Part shown: positions 51,601-60,720 of the stretch, one piece after another
How the letters are laid out: each line of letters begins with the position of its first letter
How positions within the stretch are numbered: position 1 is the stretch's first letter
NCBI GenBank assembly: GCA_963793265.1
Contig: CAWBZI010000002.1
Span: 96,001-160,000 of the forward strand
Direction of reading: 5' to 3'
Origin: an uncultured cyanobacterium
GTDB taxonomy: Bacteria; Cyanobacteriota; Cyanobacteriia; Phormidesmidales; Phormidesmidaceae
DNA: 64,000 nt
The notes under the pieces: generated by a model
Database searches by the model: none
Told to the model about the DNA's origin: nothing
The model's input: only the letters and a program-made list of their open reading frames with translations
Made by a program: the position numbers and the translations under genes

Positions 51601-52613
51601 GCGCCTCTGACGACGGCACGTTTCGACTTTGGAGCGCGCAGGGCAGGCCGATACAGACCTTTGAAGCGCAGCAGGGAAACCTTCACGCTATTCGGTTTAG
51701 CCCCCAGGGCAATCGCCTGGCAACAGCCGGTGAAGACGGTCGAATTCTCCTGTGGAACTTAAAGGGTGAGCCCTTGGCAATTTTGACAGGGCATCAGGGA
51801 CGAATATGGAGCCTGAACTTTAACGCGCAGGGGCAGCTTGGCAGCGCTTCAGGAGATGGGACGATACGTCTGTGGTCAGAAGTGGGGCAAACGTTAGAAG
51901 TGTTGCAGAGTCATCAGGGGCCGGTGAGAACGGTTAGTTTCGCCTCTAATTCTCAACAGTTAGTAACCAGTGGTGATGACAGTACAGTCCGCCTGTGGGA
52001 TTTCCAAAGGCAGCAGGCGGCGGTGCCGGATTATATTAAAGATGAGATGGACGGAAGTTTGGTTGCGATCAGTCCTGATGGGCAGCAGACGGCTACCGCC
52101 GGAGACGATGGAACTGTAAGATTGTGGAGCTTTGAAGGTGAGCTGCTAGGCCAGTTTGGAGGACACTTGGGAGCGGTGAAAAGCGTTGCTTTTAGCCCTG
52201 ATGGCGAGCAGCTTGCCAGTGGTGGAGAAGATGGTACCGTCCGTCTGTGGAACACGCAGGAGAATAGTCAAGACTTTCAGAGCGCCGTCTTCCAGGTTCA
52301 GAGTGCAGCGGTGAATTCAGTTTCGTTTCAGCCTACCGGAGGGCTTCTCGCTTCTGGCGACAGCGCGGGTAACGTGCAGCTATGGGATCTCAATGCTAAA
52401 GAATTGTTTGCTAGCTGGCAGGCGCATCCGGGCTCAGCCATTCGCGATATTAGAATAGGCGATAGAGAGATTGTGACTGCAGCAGAAGGGGATGCCTATG
52501 TGTGGCCTTTAGAAGATTTTGGCCAGCTTCAGGAAAGAGGATGCGGGCTGATAGAGAACTATCTGAGCCATGCAGAAGGTAGAAGTGGAGGCGATCGCAA
52601 CCTTTGCTCGTAA
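48642..52613 (+). CDS. Caspase (C14) + nSTAND1-type NTPase + TM + WD40 repeats
   Basis: LYFAGHG, ILDCCFAG; NPYRGLKAF, GASGSGKSS, VIDQFEE, GALPLL; TM IAIATILGLSGLSIAAIAG; WD repeats. Confidence 0.92.
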   Translation: MSEFSHNLAVVVGIDRYTNGIAPLQTAVSDVRAIAHQLQQAHHYQVLSYINEQATLANLQHLLTVILPQQVKPDSRLLLYFAGHGIALNGDEQPEGYLIPQDATTGNTSGYLSMPMLQAALSKLPCRHFLGILDCCFAGMFRWSSTRDISYVPDVIYKERYDRFIQDAAWQIITSAAYDQRALDSLSIETDRGQVGNHSPFATALLEALSGEADLYPAAKKSISAGDGVITATELYLYIRDRVEPIAAAREQRQTPGLWPLRRHDKGEYIFLSPEHPLNLPPAPVLSPSKNPYRGLKAFEPADSDLFFGRQRLSQQLFKAVSQQPLTVVLGASGSGKSSLAKAGLVAKLMQQARSEAVSGVVDHWQVLPVLRLGDDPFSALQQMLSEEGEGQETLTDYVNDWRRRVPGCRVVLVIDQFEELITLGASEPERESFLEMLNRTIATHPNQLRLVLTLRSDFEPQLQSTALKPYWHDARFIVTPMSRADLRAAIVQPAAARVIHFQSDDAEHSLVDRLIDEVAEMPGALPLLSFTLSELYLKYLERQNEAKRKGQIIERTITEADYRELGGVARSLTQRADEEYETLVARDPKYALTIRNMMLRLVAVNGAQIARRSVLLEEFDYPTIENQRVQTVIQQFTAARLLVKGEGADGRIYVEPAHDALVLGWQRLLAWQQIEKADLILQRRLTSAAQEWRSRPAKEAPKFLWHANPYLDVFQQMLKINSHRLNKLETTFVQKSLLRRRQNASWRWRIAIATILGLSGLSIAAIAGRRDALVGQISTAQNAADVNFRAGQSLDALRDSLVAAQIFEQPLLQIFRPDQQLRSRVTGMLQTMVYATPERNRLIAHQGTVRSDTSPNGEFVVSAGEDDRVVVWNQQGQKQAQWTAQQEQIYSVRISLDSQTIATGGADGSVRLWNAQGQLLTELKGHRDIVRGISFSPDGRSLATAGQDKAIRLWDLQQQQIRATLAGHKAAVWSIAFSPNGQQLASASDDGTFRLWSAQGRPIQTFEAQQGNLHAIRFSPQGNRLATAGEDGRILLWNLKGEPLAILTGHQGRIWSLNFNAQGQLGSASGDGTIRLWSEVGQTLEVLQSHQGPVRTVSFASNSQQLVTSGDDSTVRLWDFQRQQAAVPDYIKDEMDGSLVAISPDGQQTATAGDDGTVRLWSFEGELLGQFGGHLGAVKSVAFSPDGEQLASGGEDGTVRLWNTQENSQDFQSAVFQVQSAAVNSVSFQPTGGLLASGDSAGNVQLWDLNAKELFASWQAHPGSAIRDIRIGDREIVTAAEGDAYVWPLEDFGQLQERGCGLIENYLSHAEGRSGGDRNLCS

Positions 52614-52705
52614 AAGCTGCATAAGTTTATGCGCCCCTATCCTAGTTATAGCTAACCCCTAATAAATATCTAATGGCCGCAAGCGGCTACAGAGGTGCCT
52701 ACTTT

Positions 52706-54169
52706 ATGAACGCTCTATCTAAATACTGGTCTAAATATTGGACGATGTGGCGTATTAGCCCTAGCGACGATCGGTATCGATATCAGCCTAAGGGCATCGC
52801 ACCCGCCAAAGCCTTCTGTAGCCAACAGGTAAATAGAAGTGAAATAGAGGCTAAGCCACTGACTATCAGCGTGCAAAAGATCTTGCTTTCTCAGTTTCAA
52901 GAAAATGGTAAATTTTCAACTGATGATTCTTCTGACCTACTAAAGCAAGCCTACGCGGGACTTTGCTTACGCTGCTACGTATCTGCGCCGATTCTCAAAG
53001 CCTGTCAGAAAATAGACGCCTTGTTTTCGAGCAACAAGTCTTTTAGCTATCAAGACCTGCTGCCCTTTGTGCTCAATGATGACGGGCGATCGCTGATCGT
53101 AGTCGATGACAAGCAGACTCAACAAACGGTGAGTGAAGCTGGTGAGCTAAAACCTTCTGCTTTTAAGGTGTTTTCCGTTGAGGTGCTGAAAACTTATAGG
53201 GGCGATCGCGCCAATAGCATGAGCCTGGACAACTGGACTTTTTTGCGAACCAAGCAGCAGCCAGACCTGAAGCGTTTTCTAACCGAGTTTGGCTTTCAGC
53301 CCTTCAGCGATTGGACGCTTTTGAACCGCATACAGGTCAATCAGCTAGAGCGACTTTCAAAAAGAGAGCAGGCGATTGTAGCCGCGTTTCATCAGGTGTA
53401 TCGGCGTGATCGCAGAGCCCGCAAGCAAGTGAGCCGCTGCAAAGATCCCACGCCCGCGCAGCTAGCCGAAATGAACCAGCAGCTCCAGCGAAAGGTTATG
53501 GCTTTTGATAAAAACACCGAACTGCTAAAAGCACTCAAGCAGATAGCAGAGCAGCTCAGGACGTTCGACATTTGGCAGGCCCGAGAGCCGCTAGAAGTGA
53601 GGGATACAGAGACAGGCGACTACACAATCAGAGCAGATCTACCTGCAAATACTATCGATGAATCGACGGTAGAAGAGCAGGAATTTATAGCCTATTTACA
53701 GCAGCAGCTCATGATTGCGCTCACCCATGCCGTTGAACAAGCCGTTCAAAGCAAGATTGCAAAATTAAGGAAAAGTAAAAGATACTCGCCCTTTGCAGAC
53801 GCTTACCTGATCGGCCTTCAGCGCTATTATCAAAAAGGGCTATCGCTCAAAGATATTGGGCCGCAGCTAGGGATGAACAATTGGGATCAAACCCGGCGCA
53901 TCCTCAACCCAGGAGAACTGCTTACTCAGGTGCGGCAGCTTACCGTACAACAGCTATTAGCAGCTATTCTAAAAGCCGCTCAGGACAAAGGACTAGCTGC
54001 TACGCCTGCCGAACCTACCTATCTACGCACCTTAATGGAACAGATAGAGACATTTGTTGACAGCAAACTCTTTATTGAAGCCGCCTCCGAAATCAAAGCT
54101 GGGAAGAGTCGCTCTTTAGACAGTGATTATGCAAAGGCTCTGATTTGCTATATCGAACAGTTCAGTTAA
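52706..54169 (+). CDS. Hypothetical protein, divergent sigma-70-like/HTH
   Basis: GAGGT RBS; region-2-like VLKTYRGDRANSMSLDNW; C-terminal HTH-like YYQKGLSLKDIGPQLGM; directly upstream of DUF1822. Confidence 0.6.
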   Translation: MNALSKYWSKYWTMWRISPSDDRYRYQPKGIAPAKAFCSQQVNRSEIEAKPLTISVQKILLSQFQENGKFSTDDSSDLLKQAYAGLCLRCYVSAPILKACQKIDALFSSNKSFSYQDLLPFVLNDDGRSLIVVDDKQTQQTVSEAGELKPSAFKVFSVEVLKTYRGDRANSMSLDNWTFLRTKQQPDLKRFLTEFGFQPFSDWTLLNRIQVNQLERLSKREQAIVAAFHQVYRRDRRARKQVSRCKDPTPAQLAEMNQQLQRKVMAFDKNTELLKALKQIAEQLRTFDIWQAREPLEVRDTETGDYTIRADLPANTIDESTVEEQEFIAYLQQQLMIALTHAVEQAVQSKIAKLRKSKRYSPFADAYLIGLQRYYQKGLSLKDIGPQLGMNNWDQTRRILNPGELLTQVRQLTVQQLLAAILKAAQDKGLAATPAEPTYLRTLMEQIETFVDSKLFIEAASEIKAGKSRSLDSDYAKALICYIEQFS

Positions 54170-54201
54170 ACAACGCGCCAGCTTTAACAGAATTTGACGC
54201 T

Positions 54202-54230
54202 CGAAAACGCCCGAAAACGCCCGAAAACGC
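54202..54230 (+). repeat. 10-bp tandem repeat (cgaaaacgcc x ~3)
   Basis: Seen directly in the intergenic sequence. Confidence 0.8.
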
Positions 54231-54241
54231 TTAGTGCAATC

Positions 54242-55297
54242 ATGGCAATCTCTCTTATAAACACTTCTCACTTACGCCTCTCTTTACCTGAACCCCTCTG
54301 GCTAGAGCCGGAATATTTTGAGCAAGCAAACGCAGACAGTGAACATCTGCGAAGCGAGCCTGATAGGTGGAAAGCCTACCTTAACAGCTTGAGCCTGTCT
54401 GCCTTTGAAGCTTGGGCTAAAGAGAATCTTCCGGCTGCGACTATCCGAGCGATCGCACCCCAAACAGCAGCGACCAGACATTTCAATAGGCATCTCAACA
54501 TAGAAGGCTTTAAAACATGCTTGATAACAACTGAGCACGTTCTAGACGAGACGATAAGATTCCCCGAGAGCATTATCCAACAGCCTGAGCTAGCAGCGCA
54601 TCTCTATGTTGTCATCGAAGTTTTAGAAGAACAGCAGGAAGCCGTCATAAGAGGCTTCTTACGCTATGACGAACTCATACAGCAGCTTAGCCGGGTTACC
54701 CAGCCGTCTGCCTCCCAAGCGTCTGACCAACGACTGCTGCCCCTGTCGCTTTGGGATCAGGAGATCAATCACCTTCTAGGCTACGTTCAGTATTCTCATC
54801 CGAGCACCGTTCAGCTACCAGAAGCAGCCGTCCAGCCAGCCGCCGCTGCTACCAAAGAGAGCATTTTCACTCGATTAAGCCAGTGGTTAGACAACGCCTT
54901 AACGGGAGAATGGCAGTCGATCAATCGACTGATTAATCCACAGGCAAGTTTAGCTTGGAACGCTCGCCAAAACACACTGGGTACGAAAGGTGGCAAACTG
55001 CTTAACTTAGGAATGCAGATAGATCAGCACCCAGTTGCGCTAATTATTACAGTGGTTCCTGAAGAGGAGAGGATTGGGGTTAATGTTCAGGTTTTGCCGA
55101 CAGGAGAAGACTTGGTTTTGCCAATGGGCCTAACGGTGACGCTGCGATCTAGTGCAGACGTGGTTTTGCAGACGGTGACGGCTAGAGCGCAGGATAATTA
55201 CATTCAGCTCAGGCCGTTTAGAGGTAACCCTGGCATTCGCTTTGTCGTGGAAGTTGTGCTGAATGGCGTTACAGTAAGCGAAGCGTTTGAGCTGTAG
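54242..55297 (+). CDS. DUF1822 family protein
   Basis: RWKAYLNSL, AHLYVVIEVLEE, LSQWL...WQ, KLLNLGMQ, ARAQDNYIQL, EAFEL end. Confidence 0.85.
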   Translation: MAISLINTSHLRLSLPEPLWLEPEYFEQANADSEHLRSEPDRWKAYLNSLSLSAFEAWAKENLPAATIRAIAPQTAATRHFNRHLNIEGFKTCLITTEHVLDETIRFPESIIQQPELAAHLYVVIEVLEEQQEAVIRGFLRYDELIQQLSRVTQPSASQASDQRLLPLSLWDQEINHLLGYVQYSHPSTVQLPEAAVQPAAAATKESIFTRLSQWLDNALTGEWQSINRLINPQASLAWNARQNTLGTKGGKLLNLGMQIDQHPVALIITVVPEEERIGVNVQVLPTGEDLVLPMGLTVTLRSSADVVLQTVTARAQDNYIQLRPFRGNPGIRFVVEVVLNGVTVSEAFEL

Positions 55298-55298
55298 G

Positions 55299-58200
55299 GT
55301 GGATAAAACAGTTGTTATTAACTTAGGAAAGGGTTCTCTTAAGCAAGGCTTTCCTCATATCACGGCTCGCCTATCTGTGGGCAAGCGATCGCAGACCGAA
55401 CAGAGAGTGGGTAGCCTGCCACCTGCACCTGCACTTATAGAAATCTACCGTATTTGGCAGTCTACTTATCGAGCGCTGTCTAACCGATTGAAGCTGCGAT
55501 CGCCTTCTAAAAACCAAGCTCAAAAGCCATCAGAAGACGAGCTGGAAATAGACCCAGTTGGCATCACCCAAGTATCCCAGCAGAGCTTTGAAGCGCTGAG
55601 CGGGCAGCTTAAGCAGGCCGTGAATGACTGGCTTGATGCCGATGGACTGCGGGTGTTAGAACAAGGGTTGCGATCGCAGCTAAACCCCACCGACACCATT
55701 CGAGTCATCTTTGAAACCGACAATGACTTACTTAGGCGTTTGCCCTGGCACTGCTGGGATTTCTTTCAAGACTACCCTCATGCCGAAATGGCGCTAAGCC
55801 AGCTTACGTACCAGCGAGCAGAGCCCATCCACGCTCAGCGACAGCAGGAACAAGTTAGAATTCTAGCTATTGTTGGCGACCGTCGAGGCATTGATATAGA
55901 GCCAGAGCGCCTGGCCCTTCAATCCCTACCAGATGCTGATATCACCTTTTTAGCGAGCCCTTCTCGTCAGCTATTTGACAGGCACCTGTGGGATAAACGC
56001 GGCTGGGATATTCTCTTTTTTGCAGGCCATAGCCAAACAGAGGGCCAAACCGGGCGGCTGTATATTAACGAGGATGATGTTCATAACAGCTTGACGGTTG
56101 AACAGTTAGAGGAAGGATTGAAGGGGGCGATCGCTCGTGGCCTACAGCTTGCTATTTTCAATTCCTGTGATGGGGTGGGCCTAGCTCAAGCGATCGCCCA
56201 GCTACAGATTCCTCAAGTCATTGTAATGCGAGAGCCCGTGCCCAACCGGGTAGCGCAGACCTTCTTACAGTATTTTTTGACGGCTTTTGCAACTGAGAGT
56301 CTTACTTTATATTCAGCCGTACGGCAGGCCAGAAGACAGCTACAAGGATTAGAGAACGAATTTCCAGGAGCCTCTTGGCTGCCAGTACTGTGTCAAAATC
56401 CTGCTGCTGAGCCGTTTTCATGGCTTCAACTGGGCGGCGCTTCAGCGTGTCCTTACCGAGGACTATCCACTTTTAAAGAAGCAGACGCTCATCTTTTTTT
56501 TGGGAGAGAAAAGGTAAAAGAAGATCTTTTGCTAGCGGTCACGCAGCAGCCGTTTGTTGCAATCGCCGGGCCTTCTGGCAGCGGTAAATCTTCTGTTGTG
56601 TTTGCAGGGCTGCTACCCCGATTAGAACAAACTCGTAAAGACTGGCAGATCGTTTCTACTCGCCCCGGCAGCGATCCTTTTCAAAGCTTAGCCGAGGCTT
56701 TAGGCTCAACAGGCAGTGAAGGAAACGCTGCCGAACAGTCACGGTTAAAGGTACTAAAATTAGCCGTTAGCTTTCAACAAGATGAACAGGCGTTGCAGAA
56801 TGCGATCGCTGATCAAAATCAACAGAAGAAAGGCCGATTGCTGTTAATCATCGATCAGTTTGAAGAACTCTATACGCTTTGCCCCTTTGAAGAGCGACAG
56901 CCTTTTGTAAATTTGTTATTGAATGCCGTGCAGTTCGCGCCCGCTTTCACCCTGCTCATAACTTTGCGCGCAGACTTCTATGGTGAAGCCCTGAGCGATC
57001 GCCGCTTAAGTGATGCCTTGCAAGCTGGTGGATACAACCTGGGGCCGATGAATAAGGCAGAGTTGGAATGTGCGATCACCCAGCCCGCTGCTAAAAAGCG
57101 AGTGACCCTAGAGCCTGGCCTTACCGATCAGCTTATTCAGGCAACCGCTAGTCAGACCGGACGCCTGCCACTGCTAGAATTTACGCTCACCGAGCTGTGG
57201 AAGCAACAGCAAAATAGTTGTTTAACCCATCAGGCTTATCAGGCAATCGGTGGCATAGAAAAAGCGCTGGCCAATCATGCCGAGGCCGTTTATGAAAAGC
57301 TGCCTTCAGGCGATCAGCAGCGCGTACAGCAGATTTTTGTGCAGCTCGTCGAACCTGGTCATAACAACCAGGCCACTCGCCGCATTGCTAGCCGGGATGA
57401 GGTCGGTGATAGCAACTGGAATTTAGTCTCAGAGCTAGCATCCGCTCGGCTAGTGGTTACCAATCGCAATCCGCTGACTGAGAAAGAGAGCGTTGAGATT
57501 ATTCATGAGGCTTTGATTTTAAGCTGGGGTCGCCTGCGCTATTGGATGCAGGTAGACGGAGATTTTCGGCGCTGGCAGGAAGCGCTGCGGCAGGCTAGAA
57601 GACAGTGGGAGAAAAGCGAAAGAGAAGAAGCCGGACTGTTGAGGGGTAGATCGCTTGAGACTGCAAAAGATTGGTACGAGCGTCGCTCAGACGAGCTGAG
57701 TACAGCAGATAGGGCGTTCATCGAAAGCAGTTTAGCGGCTCAGCAAAAGCTAAAGGTGCAACAAAAGCGTCGTCGGAGCCTAACGTTAAGTGCGCTATGT
57801 GCAGGACTAGCCATCACCTCCGCCCTGGCGGCTGTTGCCTGGTGGGGAAGCCGACGCGCTCAAATCAGTGAAGTAAGCGCTATTACAGCTTCATCGAACG
57901 CTCTTTTTGCGTCGGATCAGCGCTTAGACTCGCTTGTTTTGGCCCTGCAAGCTGCGCAAAAGCTGGACAATTTAAGGTGGGTAGGGCGTGAGACTCGCCG
58001 AGACGTTGAAACAGTTCTTCGCCAGGCCATCTCTCAAGCTGACGAGAGAAATCGCTTGATCTCTCATCAGGCGGGGGCTACTGCAGTTGTTTTTAGTCCA
58101 AACGGACAGCTCATCGCTTCAGCAAGCCAGGAGGGCACGATAAAGCTGTGGCAATCAGACGGCACCTTGTTAGCAACCCTGGAAGGCCATAGCTCAGAAA

Positions 58201-59870
58201 TTTGGGGATTGGCAATTAGCCCGGATGGTCAAACGCTCGCTTCTGCTAGCGATGATAGAACGGTCAAGCTATGGAAGACGGACGGTACTCTAATGGAGAC
58301 GCTTACGGGTCATACCGCAGCAGTCAACGCGATCGCCTTCAGTCCAAACGGAAAGCTAATGGCGGCTGCGAGCCAGGATGGGTTTGTTCAACTTTGGCAG
58401 CGCAACGGTAAATTGATTAGGCGGTTTGAGGCGCATAAGCAGGTGAAAATAGATGCGATCGCCTTTAGCCCTGATGGTCAAAGTCTCGTAACTGGCGGCG
58501 GTGACGGACTTATCAAGCTGTGGAATCCTATGGGTGCGCTACAAAAGGTGCTTGAAGGTCATACCGATAGCGTTCGAGATCTTGCATTTAGCCCGGATGG
58601 TGAAACGCTTGCTTCTGCTGCAGCAGACGGGCTTGCGCAGCTTTGGAATATAAAGGATGGTTCCAGGCAGGTTTTAGAGGAACACTACAATACGGTGTAT
58701 GCGATCGCCTTTAGCCCAAACGGCCAGCGCATTATCTCTGCTAGCGACGATACAACCCTGCGCCTCTGGAAACGCGATGGCACTTTGCTATCTATTTTTA
58801 GGGGTCACAGCAACGGCGTTACCGACAGTGCCTTTAGTCCCGATGGGCAAACGGTAGCCTCAGCCAGCTTCGATGGCACCGTTAGACTTTGGCAGTGGCA
58901 CAATCCCCTACTCACCGTTTTAGACAGTCACAAAGATACGGTCTTAGACGTCGCCTTTAGTCCTAACAATCAGCTAGTTGCTTCCGGCAGCGCAGACAGT
59001 ACGGTTAAGCTATGGAACCCCAACGGCATGCTAATTCAAACGCTGAGAGGCCATACGGACACAGTATACGGCCTCACTTTCAGTCCAAACGGCCAGTTTA
59101 TCGCTTCCGCCAGCAAAGACAAAAGCGTTCGGCTTTGGCAGTCAGACGGCACGCCAATCTCCACGCTTACAGGCCATACGGACTGGGTTACCGACGTTGC
59201 CATAAGCCCTAATAGCCAAACAATTGCCTCGGCTAGTGACGATGGCACTGTCAAACTATGGCAGCGTAACGGTGAGCTAATCACCATATTAAACGGACAT
59301 ACCGAAGGCGTAAACGCGGTTGCGTTTAGCCCAGACGGCCAGATCATTGCTTCAACCAGTGATGATAGAACTATTCGCCTCTGGCGGTCTGACGGCACTA
59401 GCATTGCAACACTAGAAGGACACACCGCAGGCGTCAACGGCATTGCTTTCAGCCCAAATGGTCAGATCATCGCCTCGGCCAGTGATGATAGAACCATTCG
59501 GCTCTGGCAACCAGACGGTACTTTTATCACCGCTCTAGAGGAGCATCAGAATGCTGTTATTGACGTTGCCTTCAGCCCAGACAATAAGCGAATCGCTTCG
59601 AGTAGTGCAGACGAAACCGTTCGGCTATGGGAGCCAGACGGATCTTTGCTAACGACTTTTACCGGCTACCGGAGCGGTATAAACGGTCTTGCCTTCAGCC
59701 CCAATGGTGAGAAACTAGCAACGACTACTGTAGATACAACAGTTTCAATATGGGCGTTAGAACCTGGAATGCGCTCAAGTGCCCTGTTGGAAATAGGCTG
59801 TCAGCAGGTAGCGGATTATCTAAAGAGCAATCGCGCGCTAGCGCACGCTGAGATAACTGTTTGCGACTAG
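55299..59870 (+). CDS. CHAT + nSTAND1-type NTPase + TM + WD40 repeats
   Basis: LFFAGHS, IFNSCDG; CPYRGLSTF, GPSGSGKSS, IIDQFEE, LPLLEF; TM after KRRR; ~14 WD repeats. The GTG start is 1 bp after the DUF1822 stop. Confidence 0.92.
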   Translation: MDKTVVINLGKGSLKQGFPHITARLSVGKRSQTEQRVGSLPPAPALIEIYRIWQSTYRALSNRLKLRSPSKNQAQKPSEDELEIDPVGITQVSQQSFEALSGQLKQAVNDWLDADGLRVLEQGLRSQLNPTDTIRVIFETDNDLLRRLPWHCWDFFQDYPHAEMALSQLTYQRAEPIHAQRQQEQVRILAIVGDRRGIDIEPERLALQSLPDADITFLASPSRQLFDRHLWDKRGWDILFFAGHSQTEGQTGRLYINEDDVHNSLTVEQLEEGLKGAIARGLQLAIFNSCDGVGLAQAIAQLQIPQVIVMREPVPNRVAQTFLQYFLTAFATESLTLYSAVRQARRQLQGLENEFPGASWLPVLCQNPAAEPFSWLQLGGASACPYRGLSTFKEADAHLFFGREKVKEDLLLAVTQQPFVAIAGPSGSGKSSVVFAGLLPRLEQTRKDWQIVSTRPGSDPFQSLAEALGSTGSEGNAAEQSRLKVLKLAVSFQQDEQALQNAIADQNQQKKGRLLLIIDQFEELYTLCPFEERQPFVNLLLNAVQFAPAFTLLITLRADFYGEALSDRRLSDALQAGGYNLGPMNKAELECAITQPAAKKRVTLEPGLTDQLIQATASQTGRLPLLEFTLTELWKQQQNSCLTHQAYQAIGGIEKALANHAEAVYEKLPSGDQQRVQQIFVQLVEPGHNNQATRRIASRDEVGDSNWNLVSELASARLVVTNRNPLTEKESVEIIHEALILSWGRLRYWMQVDGDFRRWQEALRQARRQWEKSEREEAGLLRGRSLETAKDWYERRSDELSTADRAFIESSLAAQQKLKVQQKRRRSLTLSALCAGLAITSALAAVAWWGSRRAQISEVSAITASSNALFASDQRLDSLVLALQAAQKLDNLRWVGRETRRDVETVLRQAISQADERNRLISHQAGATAVVFSPNGQLIASASQEGTIKLWQSDGTLLATLEGHSSEIWGLAISPDGQTLASASDDRTVKLWKTDGTLMETLTGHTAAVNAIAFSPNGKLMAAASQDGFVQLWQRNGKLIRRFEAHKQVKIDAIAFSPDGQSLVTGGGDGLIKLWNPMGALQKVLEGHTDSVRDLAFSPDGETLASAAADGLAQLWNIKDGSRQVLEEHYNTVYAIAFSPNGQRIISASDDTTLRLWKRDGTLLSIFRGHSNGVTDSAFSPDGQTVASASFDGTVRLWQWHNPLLTVLDSHKDTVLDVAFSPNNQLVASGSADSTVKLWNPNGMLIQTLRGHTDTVYGLTFSPNGQFIASASKDKSVRLWQSDGTPISTLTGHTDWVTDVAISPNSQTIASASDDGTVKLWQRNGELITILNGHTEGVNAVAFSPDGQIIASTSDDRTIRLWRSDGTSIATLEGHTAGVNGIAFSPNGQIIASASDDRTIRLWQPDGTFITALEEHQNAVIDVAFSPDNKRIASSSADETVRLWEPDGSLLTTFTGYRSGINGLAFSPNGEKLATTTVDTTVSIWALEPGMRSSALLEIGCQQVADYLKSNRALAHAEITVCD

Positions 59871-59949
59871 CCCACAGGTGTAACTTGCGATCGCTGCATA
59901 ATTTCTGCTACGCATAGCTGAGTAGTTAATAACGCTTACTAAAAAAACG

Positions 59950-60705
59950 ATGAAAATACTTGGACTGATGGGATTACTCCTCGGCAGCCTCACCGTAGCA
60001 CCTGCGGCACAAGCTGCACGCTTAACGCTGGATTTCGACGCTTTTATTCCCACTGAGCGAGTCGCAAATCCGGCAGTAGACCTGCTGCCACCTTTCTTTA
60101 CAGAATTTGTAGGAGACAATAGAGGCTTCAGCCTAGAAGCTACTCGAAACGGTCAATCTCGTCTGTTTTCACAGGTTGTAATAGACACACAGAGCCCAGA
60201 TCTTATTGTCAGCAGCTTTGCAGAAGCTGGCACAAGCGTTGGATTTTTAGAACAAAATGGAGTAGAAGTTTCGCAGTCTGATAAGACAACGCCAGTTAGT
60301 AGCTTCGAGGCGACGAGAGTAGGCGAGAATAGTATCAAGCTTAAAGTCGCTGCGCAGGCTACCAATCCGCTGATTGAAAAATTCCTACCCCCAGATATAG
60401 AAACCACACCCGCTGAGTTCATTTACGATATCGATCTAACGCTATCTGACGACGGCATTATCTACGATTTAACGGGCACAAACCGGGCGTATCCAAACTA
60501 CTCTGTTTTCTTGAATGGAGAGCCTATTTTACTAAACCCAACTGACGATGTTAACAATCCTGAACTGCTAAACGTTATCGAGTCGGTTCAAGCTAGTGGA
60601 AAGGTTTCTGTAGCTGCTGTAAATGAGCCCAGTAGTTTACTCGGGTTAGGACTAATCGCTATAGCCGTTTTGCTATGGAACTTAAGGTCAGTGGCGGCAG
60701 CATAA
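59950..60705 (+). CDS. Exported hypothetical protein with PEP-CTERM-like tail
   Basis: Signal peptide ending AQA; C-terminal VNEPSSLLGLGLIAIAVLLWNLR. Confidence 0.8.
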   Translation: MKILGLMGLLLGSLTVAPAAQAARLTLDFDAFIPTERVANPAVDLLPPFFTEFVGDNRGFSLEATRNGQSRLFSQVVIDTQSPDLIVSSFAEAGTSVGFLEQNGVEVSQSDKTTPVSSFEATRVGENSIKLKVAAQATNPLIEKFLPPDIETTPAEFIYDIDLTLSDDGIIYDLTGTNRAYPNYSVFLNGEPILLNPTDDVNNPELLNVIESVQASGKVSVAAVNEPSSLLGLGLIAIAVLLWNLRSVAAA

Positions 60706-60720
60706 CGGCGACGGCTTCTC

